Below the pieces are notes generated by a model that saw only the letters and a list, made by a program, of their open reading frames with translations, had not been told where the DNA came from and ran no database searches. This document shows, one piece after another, positions 8,509 through 17,619 of a stretch of 64,000 nt of DNA. The DNA is taken from the IMG/VR virus record IMGVR_UViG_3300001544_000071; one strand, written 5' to 3'. Each line of letters begins with the position of its first letter. Within the stretch, counting starts at the first letter, position 1. This DNA is from an uncultured virus (IMG/VR IMGVR_UViG_3300001544_000071) (Duplodnaviria; Heunggongvirae; Uroviricota; Caudoviricetes). The translations under genes and the position numbers were made by a program.

Positions 8509-9261
8509 ATGGAAACCGTTATTAACAAAATTGTTATGCCGGGTTGGATTGATAAAAAACCGGTGTTTGTGCGTATAAATTACAACACACCGGAACAAAA
8601 AAGAATGAACACACATATAAGGCCGGAAGGGGACAGCAACGAATTGTCTATAACCGGCGTGGTTAATCCAAAATCCAACGGCAATGCCGATAGAGGCGGA
8701 CAATGCGACAATGCGCTTTTGGAAATCGACACCTATAACGAAAAAGAAGGTTGGACAAGAGAAAATGTGGTAGAGCTTTACAGGATATGGAATAAATACC
8801 ATCTTAACCACATGAATCCGGGCTGCCCATGCACAGACCATATCGATATGACGCAGAAAATACCTGTTTATAGTTATGGATACGGCAACAAACATCGTAT
8901 CATGGAAGAACACATTTTAAGCGGTAGATGTGTTGACTATACCGAGTACCTTAACATTGCCAAGAAAATGCGCAGGACTGATTACTATGTTTGCGATAAC
9001 TATCTTGACAGCCCTGAACACAATCCCGAAGTGTTGGTTTTGATTGAAGAAGGGTATCTTGAGGTGCGTGCGCAGGTAGAACAAAAGGCTGTGGGTTGGG
9101 TAGATTATACCAAACATCCAGAGGGCTGGTTGTTAAGGCCATGTCCTGTGTGCGGATATAAGTACGGTTCTGAATGGACAAGAAGGGACATTCCTACCGA
9201 AGTTTTGCAATGGCTTGTTGACCTTCCCGAAACACAAGTGAGGTACGCATGGAAAAAATAG
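8509..9261 (+). CDS. Hypothetical phage protein (GGQC...HLN...CPVCGYKYG)
   Basis: AAGGAG SD; zinc-ribbon motifs. Confidence 0.8.
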   Translation: METVINKIVMPGWIDKKPVFVRINYNTPEQKRMNTHIRPEGDSNELSITGVVNPKSNGNADRGGQCDNALLEIDTYNEKEGWTRENVVELYRIWNKYHLNHMNPGCPCTDHIDMTQKIPVYSYGYGNKHRIMEEHILSGRCVDYTEYLNIAKKMRRTDYYVCDNYLDSPEHNPEVLVLIEEGYLEVRAQVEQKAVGWVDYTKHPEGWLLRPCPVCGYKYGSEWTRRDIPTEVLQWLVDLPETQVRYAWKK

Positions 9262-9662
9262 TATTACCAAAAGAATTGCGCATGAGCATAAAGTCCATGT
9301 CTTTCAGGGACAGGACACCTTTTCATCAGAGCATGATTGTTGTTGCTTACAGGGAGCATGGGAAACAAAAATGGGTACAGCCCATTGACGCAAGGTTTTA
9401 CATGAGCAAAGCCGGAAATGTTTCCTGTGCCGTTTGGGTAAGGACATACCAGAATTACGGGCTGGGCATTGCTAAAGCAGACGGCTACGGATACCACAAG
9501 GCCAGCGCAGCGTTACATCACGCTTTGCTTGACATGGGATTTGAAATACCCGAAGAATTAAGCTGCTATTGCAAAGGCGAGACTGCTATGCAAAACACCT
9601 TACTTGAAATAGCAAAAGCGTTGGGCTACGATAATTGCCATGTTGTTTGGGCGCACAGATAA
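9249..9662 (+). CDS. Hypothetical phage protein (GYGYHKASAA motif)
   Basis: GAGG SD; followed by a hairpin at 9668-9694. Confidence 0.75.
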   Translation: MEKIVLPKELRMSIKSMSFRDRTPFHQSMIVVAYREHGKQKWVQPIDARFYMSKAGNVSCAVWVRTYQNYGLGIAKADGYGYHKASAALHHALLDMGFEIPEELSCYCKGETAMQNTLLEIAKALGYDNCHVVWAHR

Positions 9663-9710
9663 TATACAAGGCAGAGGGAGTTTCCTTCTGCCTTTGTAGT
9701 TTTCAAGTAC

Positions 9711-9790
9711 TTTTCAGATATTTTTTAGATATTTTTTAGATATTTTTTAGATATTTTTCAGATACTTTTCAGATATTTTTCAGATATTTT
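9711..9790. repeat. Tandem 11-bp repeat (TTTTT(T/C)AGATA), ~7 copies
   Basis: Directly visible, immediately upstream of a promoter motif. Confidence 0.85.
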
Positions 9791-9791
9791 T

Positions 9792-9821
9792 TGTCTCATT
9801 TTGATTTTTTATTGCCTATAT
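9792..9821 (+). promoter_or_regulatory. Phage promoter motif
   Basis: TGTCTCA-N10-TTATTGCCTATAT. Confidence 0.85.
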
Positions 9822-9854
9822 AATCGAAATAATTTTATAACACAGGAGGTTAAA

Positions 9855-10082
9855 ATGTTCATAGAGATTTATCATTGTATTTACTGCGATGCGGTAGTAC
9901 TGGAACACCAAAATTGCAACAGGTCAGAGGATTATCAGGTTTTCTGTCCTATGTGCAATATAAACGAACAGGAAGGGCATAAACACGTAACAATGGAACG
10001 GGTTGACTCTTACCATGAAAATCTTGCAGGTACTCTTGCAAATATACAGGAGTATCTAAGGGCTGTGGGTATTAAACTATGA
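9855..10082 (+). CDS. Hypothetical zinc-ribbon protein
   Basis: AGGAGG SD; two CxxC. Confidence 0.7.
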   Translation: MFIEIYHCIYCDAVVLEHQNCNRSEDYQVFCPMCNINEQEGHKHVTMERVDSYHENLAGTLANIQEYLRAVGIKL

Positions 10083-10146
10083 GGGAAGTCCTTTTGTCTG
10101 TTGCGTATTGGCGATTTATGTGGCGGTCGTTTGACCGCCGGAAGTA

Positions 10147-10461
10147 TTGGGAGGAATAGTGAAAAAAGACCGGAGTTTACAAGCTGTTATTGGAATAATA
10201 GCAGTAACTTCCCTTATTGTGGGTGTGTCGGTATTCTTGTTGTTTTCTTTTATGGGCAGACAGCCTGAACCACCGCCCCCGCCTAGAACGTTTGTTGTAG
10301 ATTTTCGCAGGCTTGACGACAGGTGGGCTTTGGCGAATTATTATGTCTTAACGTATGTTATAGACAAGCGGCCTTATGAGATAATTAGCCGGAACAGGGG
10401 AAGGCTGGAGCAACTCGTAAGGATAATCGACCCGAATTGGCGATGTAATTTCGTTTATTAA
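10147..10461 (+). CDS. Hypothetical membrane protein
   Basis: N-terminal TM helix, Pro-rich linker; exact start uncertain. Confidence 0.65.
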   Translation: MGGIVKKDRSLQAVIGIIAVTSLIVGVSVFLLFSFMGRQPEPPPPPRTFVVDFRRLDDRWALANYYVLTYVIDKRPYEIISRNRGRLEQLVRIIDPNWRCNFVY

Positions 10462-10470
10462 GGAGACAAA

Positions 10471-10956
10471 ATGAAAGTACTTACACAAAAACAAGCGGAC
10501 AATATAGCCAGAGACCTTGTTACTGCTTGTGCGGATATTAAAAAGCTGTCTGAAAATGCTTACGCTTTTATAAGCACTTCAAATGGCTTTGCATGTCATA
10601 ACAATAGGATAGGTTTTCAATTAGCACACCGAGAACCCGGACGACTTAGAGCAAAGATTTTGGAGCATAAGGAGCGTAACCAATACACGGCTTTTGAAAA
10701 AGGGAGCAAGCATTATAAATATTATAAACAGAAAAGAGACATTTATAATGTTGTTTGTCAGATACTTGAAAATCAAAGAGCGTTCACATACACTCTTGTT
10801 GAAACGTCAAGGCGTATTATTAAGGTATATGTGTACGCTTCCAGCGAAAAGGCAGCCAGAACTTTCGTAGCCGAGAATCCGAGAGCTTACACTCTGCTTC
10901 GTGATGATTCGCTTTCTGTTGACTATATGTTCCACCCGGAGAATACAAATGGATAG
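10471..10956 (+). CDS. Hypothetical protein
   Basis: AAGGAG SD. Confidence 0.75.
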   Translation: MKVLTQKQADNIARDLVTACADIKKLSENAYAFISTSNGFACHNNRIGFQLAHREPGRLRAKILEHKERNQYTAFEKGSKHYKYYKQKRDIYNVVCQILENQRAFTYTLVETSRRIIKVYVYASSEKAARTFVAENPRAYTLLRDDSLSVDYMFHPENTNG

Positions 10957-11194
10957 AGAACAGGAAGTGCTTTTGTGGATGGTCGCACAAATCCACACAT
11001 GGGAGCGGTCGCCACATGAAATAATCGGCAGGGCAGCAGCTTTGGTTAAATTAACCGGAGTCGGACAAGACGTTGTAGAAGATATTCGCCGGGGTTCCGG
11101 CGCAGGGCTGGAAGAAATGTTAAAAAAGATATTTCCGGGGGCTGTTGTTGCGCCTGTAGAGTTTGAAAGAGAAGGAGAAGAAAATGTTGATTGA
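10949..11194 (+). CDS. Hypothetical protein
   Basis: Coupled ORF; GGAG SD. Confidence 0.6.
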   Translation: MDREQEVLLWMVAQIHTWERSPHEIIGRAAALVKLTGVGQDVVEDIRRGSGAGLEEMLKKIFPGAVVAPVEFEREGEENVD

Positions 11195-12182
11195 ACAATT
11201 TTCAGATGTTTTTCCGTTTGGTGTTTGCGACCAGTGCGGATATGAGTTTAACAGCGAAGAACGTAATGAGTACGAATACCGCAAATGTCCTAAATGCGGG
11301 GAAGATTTAGGTTTAGGCGACCCACATGAAGACGATGGGCAGTATAAGAGGAATCTGGAAAAATTGCGGGAATTGGTTGCTGTTGAAAAAACTGTGTTAT
11401 GTGATTCTTGCGGAAAGGAAGCAGATTTTAACAATTTGGGCGGTAACTGTACCATGTGCGGTGATGACCTTTGTGTTGATTGTGCTATGTGGCCAGAGAC
11501 CGGAGAGTGTAAAAGTTGTGTTCAAAATGCTTTAAGTTTATACGGAAAGGCGTGGCAAGAACTAACAGGCATTATTGGACGTGGTGAACACCCTACATGG
11601 GAACATTTACGCACACACTATTTCAAGAAGCAATATGAGGCTGTTCGTAAACATGCAAAGCAGGGCAATCCTTTGCCTTTATTAAAAGAGGCAGAGGCCG
11701 GCGCAGGCATGGAAATGGACAGCGGTGCTTTTGTATCCGGCGGAAAAAAATCTGACGCAGGAAAATTGCGCTGGGACTTACTGCCTTTAGAAGCCTTGGT
11801 TGACACAGTTAAGCGTTTTACTTTCGGAGCAATCAAATATTCCGATAATAACTGGAAACAACCGCCACATAATCCCGATAAGTTCTATGCAGGACTTATG
11901 AGACATATTGAGGCATGGCGAAGCGGTAAGCGTGATGACATAGACGAAACAGGAAACATAACAAGCCACATATCCGGCGTTATCTGGAACGCCATTGCTT
12001 TGCAGTGGTTTGAGATACAGGAAAAGAACCACAAGTGGAAATGTCCGTCTTGCGATGACCCGGCCTGTACACAATTGCTTACAACACTTTGCAGAGAAAA
12101 GCAGCACTGGAAGGAAGATAAGCCAACTGTACCGGTGTCAAGCATGGCATGGTTTCCTAATCACATGAAAAATAAGCCATGA
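11184..12182 (+). CDS. Zinc-finger / dATP-dGTP diphosphohydrolase (DUF5664-type) fusion
   Basis: KSDAGKLRWDLLP...GAIKYSDNNW...LMRH...SH..WN signature; multiple N-terminal CxxC. Confidence 0.8.
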   Translation: MLIEQFSDVFPFGVCDQCGYEFNSEERNEYEYRKCPKCGEDLGLGDPHEDDGQYKRNLEKLRELVAVEKTVLCDSCGKEADFNNLGGNCTMCGDDLCVDCAMWPETGECKSCVQNALSLYGKAWQELTGIIGRGEHPTWEHLRTHYFKKQYEAVRKHAKQGNPLPLLKEAEAGAGMEMDSGAFVSGGKKSDAGKLRWDLLPLEALVDTVKRFTFGAIKYSDNNWKQPPHNPDKFYAGLMRHIEAWRSGKRDDIDETGNITSHISGVIWNAIALQWFEIQEKNHKWKCPSCDDPACTQLLTTLCREKQHWKEDKPTVPVSSMAWFPNHMKNKP

Positions 12183-12294
12183 GTATAAATTACTACGGCA
12201 AAAAGTATGTTCGTGTGTGGTGGCTTGTAGTCGCCACACTATTTGGATTTAATGCAGGGATTTTATTCCTGCTAATTTTAACAGGGGGTATTTA

Positions 12295-12612
12295 ATGGTC
12301 GAGAAAATAAAAAAAGAGTGGAACGGCTACATGGCCGCCAAAAAAGCGGTAGAGCAGATAGAGCCGAAAAGCATTGAAGTTATCAATTCAGACAATTTGG
12401 AATATCGCAAAAACTCGAATAATTCAAGAAAAGGCGTTGGTTTTGGTTTTTCTCCGGGCGACAGATTTATCAGAGTGTGGAACTTATATGAAGGCAGTGG
12501 ACAACAAATGATGAGCGTTCACCTTGACAACATTACAGCCGTCATTGAAGCCTTGACGCTTTTCCAGTCCGGGGACATAAACAACCTGCCGGAAGGTTGG
12601 CACTCGGTATGA
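12295..12612 (+). CDS. Hypothetical protein
   Basis: ORF with SD. Confidence 0.7.
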   Translation: MVEKIKKEWNGYMAAKKAVEQIEPKSIEVINSDNLEYRKNSNNSRKGVGFGFSPGDRFIRVWNLYEGSGQQMMSVHLDNITAVIEALTLFQSGDINNLPEGWHSV

Positions 12613-12790
12613 TTGTAGCGTTTGAATATGATGTTACTTTCGTGCATTTTGAGAACGAAAGCGAGCCAAGAGAGAACTGCCTTAAATGTGCTTTTCTTGT
12701 GGATAAAAAGTGCCTGACAAGAAAGATGACACTGTGTAGATTTGGTTCGGCAGGATACTTTTCCCTTAATAAAATAACAGAGGTTGAAAA

Positions 12791-13438
12791 ATGATACAAC
12801 AATGGGAAGACAACAGACCTCACCTCACAAACATGGACTTGGCGATTTTACAGACCTTGCCCGATAATTTACCCGGCGCAGTATCACTGCTGGTAGGCGG
12901 GGAAGTTTCCGGCGATGAGCTTGGTGATATAGTGTATGCCAAAGTCATGGCCTTGAATGATTACCCGCAGTTAAACAACAATGTCCTTGTTACTCCGACC
13001 GAGTACGGGACATTGCGTTTGTTGCGTTGGCAATTCAAAAAGGATTTGTGGATGCAATTTCCCCGGAACATCAGGAATATGATGTTTGCGAGGGAAACCA
13101 AAAGGCTTGGACTGGAAAAATGGACAGAGGAGTTTAATAACTTTTATCAGGGCGTTATTTATGCAAATAACTTATATAACTGTTACATCAAAGATGAGTG
13201 TCCTATCACCCAAACATACCTTAACGGCGTAATGGTTTTTAACAAACCAACCGCTCTTGACATACAACCGCATACTTTCTTCTGCCAAACGGTTTTTCAG
13301 GATATAAAAATAATCCCCATGACCGATGCGCAGAAGGAATTGAGGGATATTGCGCTGTGTAATGAAACACAGAGACTTACCAACAAAGAACTTGATTTTT
13401 TGTTTGAAATTGTGAAAAATCAACCATTTTCCACTTGA
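12791..13438 (+). CDS. Hypothetical protein
   Basis: GAGG SD; coupled ORF. Confidence 0.75.
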   Translation: MIQQWEDNRPHLTNMDLAILQTLPDNLPGAVSLLVGGEVSGDELGDIVYAKVMALNDYPQLNNNVLVTPTEYGTLRLLRWQFKKDLWMQFPRNIRNMMFARETKRLGLEKWTEEFNNFYQGVIYANNLYNCYIKDECPITQTYLNGVMVFNKPTALDIQPHTFFCQTVFQDIKIIPMTDAQKELRDIALCNETQRLTNKELDFLFEIVKNQPFST

Positions 13439-13464
13439 CAAGTTTTCTAAAATGTGTTTATAAT
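13435..13464 (+). promoter_or_regulatory. Consensus sigma70 promoter
   Basis: TTGACA-N18-TATAAT. Confidence 0.8.
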
Positions 13465-13485
13465 GGAAGAAGCGAAGGAGCAAAC

Positions 13486-14058
13486 ATGAAAAAACCGCTT
13501 ATTTTAGCCCCAAAGGTTACTTTTAAGGAAGAAGACCATGAATACCACCTTAACGGTAAACAATTGTCCGGCATAACGAGATTGATTGCAAAGCGTATGA
13601 ATATTCGTATGCCGGAAGATTTTGTGGGCGAAGCACGGACGGAAGGGCTTCATATCCACAAAGCCGTGCAGGATTGGCTTACAAAAGGGACGTGGGAGAG
13701 TATTCACCCCGGAGCTTTATTTGTCAAGAAGTATATGGAAACACAATGCCGAAATCCGCCGGAAGTATGTCATGCGGAAATACTTGTGTCTGATATGAAG
13801 CAGTATGCTTCCAGCGTGGACATTATAAAGGTAAATGAAGACGATAGTTTTACGTTATACGACATTAAGCGGTCTTTCAAACGGCCTTATGTTACGTGGC
13901 AGTTGTCTATTTATAAATACTTTATTCAGAAAATGTTTCCGGACAGGAAAATCGGCCAGCTTTATTGCATTGCCGTAAAGGATAAATGCGTTTACCCGGT
14001 ATTTCCTTTTTCTGTCGCAGATGTGGAAGAATTGCTTTATGGTACAGCCAAGATATAA
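13486..14058 (+). CDS. PD-(D/E)XK exonuclease
   Basis: H-x-Y...SGIT...G-x-x-IH...VD...YDIK...WQLSIY pattern. Confidence 0.8.
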   Translation: MKKPLILAPKVTFKEEDHEYHLNGKQLSGITRLIAKRMNIRMPEDFVGEARTEGLHIHKAVQDWLTKGTWESIHPGALFVKKYMETQCRNPPEVCHAEILVSDMKQYASSVDIIKVNEDDSFTLYDIKRSFKRPYVTWQLSIYKYFIQKMFPDRKIGQLYCIAVKDKCVYPVFPFSVADVEELLYGTAKI

Positions 14059-14572
14059 GGAGCAGTACGAATTGTTTGTAGCTTTAGTAGCAGAAGGAAA
14101 AACAAGACAAGAACTTCAAACAATTCTTGGTAAGAAGCGTAGTGCAATACAGCAATACGCTTCTAAACATAAAATAAAGCTGGGTAAGATTAAAAGACAG
14201 GAAAACATTTGGTTTCCCGAATATGTTTTGATAGATGGTATCCGTGTGGATTTTTCACCATGCGACAGGGACTGGCTTGAAAAATATCGTTGGCGTATAG
14301 ATACTTATGGTTATGCAAGAACCTATTGTCCTGAAAGGAAACAGGATATTCGTATGCACCAGTTGATTATTCGGGATATGAATTGCGGAAATTATATTGA
14401 GGCTGTTAAAAACATACACCATAAAGATTATAACAAATGCAATAACAGGAGAGAAAATCTTCATGTGTTTGCTAACCCCAAACAGCATTGGTATTTTGAA
14501 AAGTATGTTTGTACACACCCTAATAATCCCCGGTTTGGTTTTAAGCACCAAAAGGAGGCGTTACCGTTTTGA
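14039..14572 (+). CDS. HNH endonuclease with N-terminal HTH
   Basis: RMHQLI...IHHKDYNKCNNRRENL. Confidence 0.8.
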   Translation: MVQPRYKEQYELFVALVAEGKTRQELQTILGKKRSAIQQYASKHKIKLGKIKRQENIWFPEYVLIDGIRVDFSPCDRDWLEKYRWRIDTYGYARTYCPERKQDIRMHQLIIRDMNCGNYIEAVKNIHHKDYNKCNNRRENLHVFANPKQHWYFEKYVCTHPNNPRFGFKHQKEALPF

Positions 14573-14790
14573 GTGAGAAAGAAGTTATTACAATTACAGA
14601 TAAAACTCCACGATGTCCCTACAGAAAACAAACAATAACTGTAGAGTTTCGGGCTAGAGATGAAACCACTACAGATACCGAGGAGTTTTGGGCAAAGTGT
14701 TTGTTAATGTTATGCCCTATGCGGAGTTTGGGTTTTGCCGACACAACATATTGTAAACGTGTTCAGCGTGAGAAATATTCATAAAGGAAA

Positions 14791-14820
14791 TGTCTCATTC
14801 TGATTTTTTATTGCCTATAT
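14791..14820 (+). promoter_or_regulatory. Phage promoter motif
   Basis: TGTCTCA-N10-TTATTGCCTATAT. Confidence 0.85.
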
Positions 14821-14833
14821 ATGTGAGGATTGC

Positions 14834-15109
14834 ATGACCAGAAAAGAAAAAAGAGCCGCCGAAAAACAAATGCGCAAAATTGACAAAATGCGCGGACGGC
14901 GTAATGGTGAAATGAATCTTGAAGTTCTAAGCAACCTTGCGGATAAGGGAACGGTCAACTTTATTAACCGTGATAACACTGCTGTACAGCAGATAGATAA
15001 AATAAATAGGGAGAGAAACACATGGCTAAAAAGACTGCGGTTGTTGCTACGACTAGCGCGGGTGAGACTATACCGGCTTTGGTCATTTCGCCGGGAAAAG
15101 TTCCGGTAG
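14834..15109 (+). CDS. Hypothetical basic protein
   Basis: Directly behind the promoter motif; GAGG SD; overlaps the next gene. Confidence 0.5.
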   Translation: MTRKEKRAAEKQMRKIDKMRGRRNGEMNLEVLSNLADKGTVNFINRDNTAVQQIDKINRERNTWLKRLRLLLRLARVRLYRLWSFRREKFR

Positions 15110-15981
15110 TAGGCGGTAATTTCGATGCGCTTGAAGCGCATTTAGTAGCCGTCCGGGATAAGTACAGAGAAATTGACATAAAGAAAACGCCGATTGATGA
15201 TGTACTTGTTATCAAAAAGCAATTTCAGTCGTTTCGTACTTATATTGAAAAAGAAGAAAAACGTGTAAACACGGATTTCTTTAATAACCCAAAGAAAATA
15301 CTGGCAGGGCATTTTGCAAGGCTATATGCTCTTGCTGCTGAAATTGAAAACCAGTGTGATGAAGTTATTGAAAAAGAAGATGCAAAACGCATTGAACAGA
15401 TTAACATGGCCATTGACGCTTATGTGGCCGAGTTTACTGCTGATACCGTATTGACACAAAAGTTTTTGGCGCAAATTGAGCGCAAAAAAATGTATTACAA
15501 CAAGACGCAGGACGAAGCGGACACACGAAACGATATTTTGGCGCAGGTTACGGCATTAGCTAAAGCACAAAAAGCCGAAGAAGCCGGTTTGCGGATGATT
15601 AAAAAAGCGTGTGATGTAAGTCCGTTACTTAACTTAGACCTGTATGAGAGCATGTTCTTGAACGGAGACGACATTGCTTCTGTACTGGAAGCAATAGAAC
15701 AAGAAGCTAAGAGGTTAAACAATGTCCAAACCACTACGGAGGCCGGGGAGAACGGAACGCCGGTCGTTGTATCTAGGGAAGCAGAGGAAACAGAAGAAAC
15801 AGAAACCGAAGCACAGGCATTTGTGGAAGATGCTGACGATATTGATTTCGACAGCGATTTGCCTAGCCGTACTAAAACTATTACTATCAAGCTGACTTAC
15901 CCTGCCGATGTAGCAGGTGCGCTGACACAGTTGTTTGAAATGCTTTCCAAGAAGGGTGTACATAGTGAGGTTGTAGGGTAA
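15022..15981 (+). CDS. DUF1351-like coiled-coil protein
   Basis: NFDAL...KY...long helical region; acidic linker; position in the recombination module. Confidence 0.65.
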   Translation: MAKKTAVVATTSAGETIPALVISPGKVPVVGGNFDALEAHLVAVRDKYREIDIKKTPIDDVLVIKKQFQSFRTYIEKEEKRVNTDFFNNPKKILAGHFARLYALAAEIENQCDEVIEKEDAKRIEQINMAIDAYVAEFTADTVLTQKFLAQIERKKMYYNKTQDEADTRNDILAQVTALAKAQKAEEAGLRMIKKACDVSPLLNLDLYESMFLNGDDIASVLEAIEQEAKRLNNVQTTTEAGENGTPVVVSREAEETEETETEAQAFVEDADDIDFDSDLPSRTKTITIKLTYPADVAGALTQLFEMLSKKGVHSEVVG

Positions 15982-16101
15982 TGGCATTTCTTATTTTCTT
16001 GGCTTTATTTGGCGCAGTTGTCTTTGTGCTATTTATTGTTTTGTTTTTAATCGGACTTTTGTTCGGTGAAAAAGATTAGATAATTATGAGAGGAGAGAAG
16101 T

Positions 16102-17046
16102 ATGGCAAAAACAAAAGCCGTTCCTGCTAAGGCAGGGAAAACACAAAACCTTGACGAACTTAATAATTTAGTTGGTCAAATCGGGCAGTACGAAGCCGAA
16201 AACAAGGATATTGGCAGTCGTCAATTTTCTTACCTTCGTATTGTAGGCAATTCAGCTAATGACCCTGTAATGAAGGAAGGGAAACCGGAGTACATTAAGG
16301 GTGTCAAAGAAGGCTATTGGACAATTCCGTCCAAAAAAATGAACCTTGGTAAATCTTTCCCGGTTACAATTGTAGCCATGTTCAAGGTTTACGAAGACAG
16401 CATCCCCGGCGTGAAAAAAGACCCGAAATCCAAACAAGAGCCTATGCGCCAAGTAGTTAATTACTGGATGCCGGAGGATGCAGAGCAAGTTCCGTTGGAA
16501 GGGATATTTGACAGGGTGTATTTCGACAAACAGAAGGTAGAACACATCCTCCGGCCTGTGCATTGGATGTTCCTACGTCTGCATAATCACCCGGACATTG
16601 ACGATGCCTTGCTGACTTTCCGGTCAAAAGGTAATCGGGTGTACAAAGAGACACAGAAATTGGTTGCTCAACATGCCAAAAACAGTTGTACTGAATTGCG
16701 GTTTATTATGTCCCATCAGGAACTTAATGCCGATGGGTACGACAAGGACTATTTGTACCCGCTTTTTGAGTTTGATGGGTACAACTATGAATATGACAAA
16801 GAAGCCGGAAAAATTACCGGGCTTGTCAAAGACGGCTTCACAGTGGATGAACTGACAGAAGTACTCAAGCAGGCTGCACAGCTTCAAGAGGATTATGCGA
16901 AGCGCAGAATGGTAGCCAAGAAATCAAATCTGGCCGCCATTGTACAGGGCTTACCGCAGAAAGCCCTTGAGGACAAAGGCGCATCATACGTTGAGGATGA
17001 TGACGAAGAAGAAGCCAAACCGAAAGGTAAGGCTGCGAAGTTTTAA
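16102..17046 (+). CDS. Putative phage ssDNA-binding protein
   Basis: Acidic tail ending in Phe; located before the primase. Confidence 0.55.
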   Translation: MAKTKAVPAKAGKTQNLDELNNLVGQIGQYEAENKDIGSRQFSYLRIVGNSANDPVMKEGKPEYIKGVKEGYWTIPSKKMNLGKSFPVTIVAMFKVYEDSIPGVKKDPKSKQEPMRQVVNYWMPEDAEQVPLEGIFDRVYFDKQKVEHILRPVHWMFLRLHNHPDIDDALLTFRSKGNRVYKETQKLVAQHAKNSCTELRFIMSHQELNADGYDKDYLYPLFEFDGYNYEYDKEAGKITGLVKDGFTVDELTEVLKQAAQLQEDYAKRRMVAKKSNLAAIVQGLPQKALEDKGASYVEDDDEEEAKPKGKAAKF

Positions 17047-17050
17047 GTTT

Positions 17051-17130
17051 AGGCAGAAGAAAGTGCCGCCTGACAACGGGTAAATGCTTGGCAGTGGTTA
17101 TTGACTGCACAGCTTTCTTCTGCCTTTTTT
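17051..17130 (+). terminator. Long-loop stem with U-tract
   Basis: AGGCAGAAGAAAG...CTTTCTTCTGCCT followed by TTTTT. Confidence 0.55.
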
Positions 17131-17144
17131 ATTAAGGAGACAAC

Positions 17145-17591
17145 ATGGCGTACTATATTGTTACGTTTGAGGGAAAAGAATACATATCCCGCGAAATGTT
17201 TATGCGAGTGTTCAAATCAAGTTCCACGTCAAGGGCATACCATGACCGGGGGAAATTGATACTTGACACGATGGTATTTGGGCCAATGTCCGAGGAAGAA
17301 AAAGCATTGTATAAAGGGTACACCGCCACATTGCAGGACTTTGATGCACAAATAATCGATTTTGTAAACGCGACAGGAAAAGAAAAAACAATCCAAGAGC
17401 CGTTAGATGAAACGGCTATTTTCACATATAAGAATCGAAAATACGTGCGAATAACCAGTATAAAAGATGCTGGAAGGTATCGTATGATGAACCAACTACC
17501 TGTTGTTCGTATCTGCGGAAGGGGTGTTTATGTTGCCCTTGATACGAAAAACAAAAACGCTTCTGACCCAATTGTGATTACAGAAGNGTAA
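17145..17591 (+). CDS. Hypothetical protein
   Basis: AAGGAG SD; ambiguous base near the 3' end. Confidence 0.7.
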   Translation: MAYYIVTFEGKEYISREMFMRVFKSSSTSRAYHDRGKLILDTMVFGPMSEEEKALYKGYTATLQDFDAQIIDFVNATGKEKTIQEPLDETAIFTYKNRKYVRITSIKDAGRYRMMNQLPVVRICGRGVYVALDTKNKNASDPIVITEX

Positions 17592-17619
17592 GACGGTAAA
17601 TAACGAAAGGGAGGTAAGT

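Noticed and set aside
17581..17591. Recoding at the X residue
   Set aside because: A single ambiguous base call
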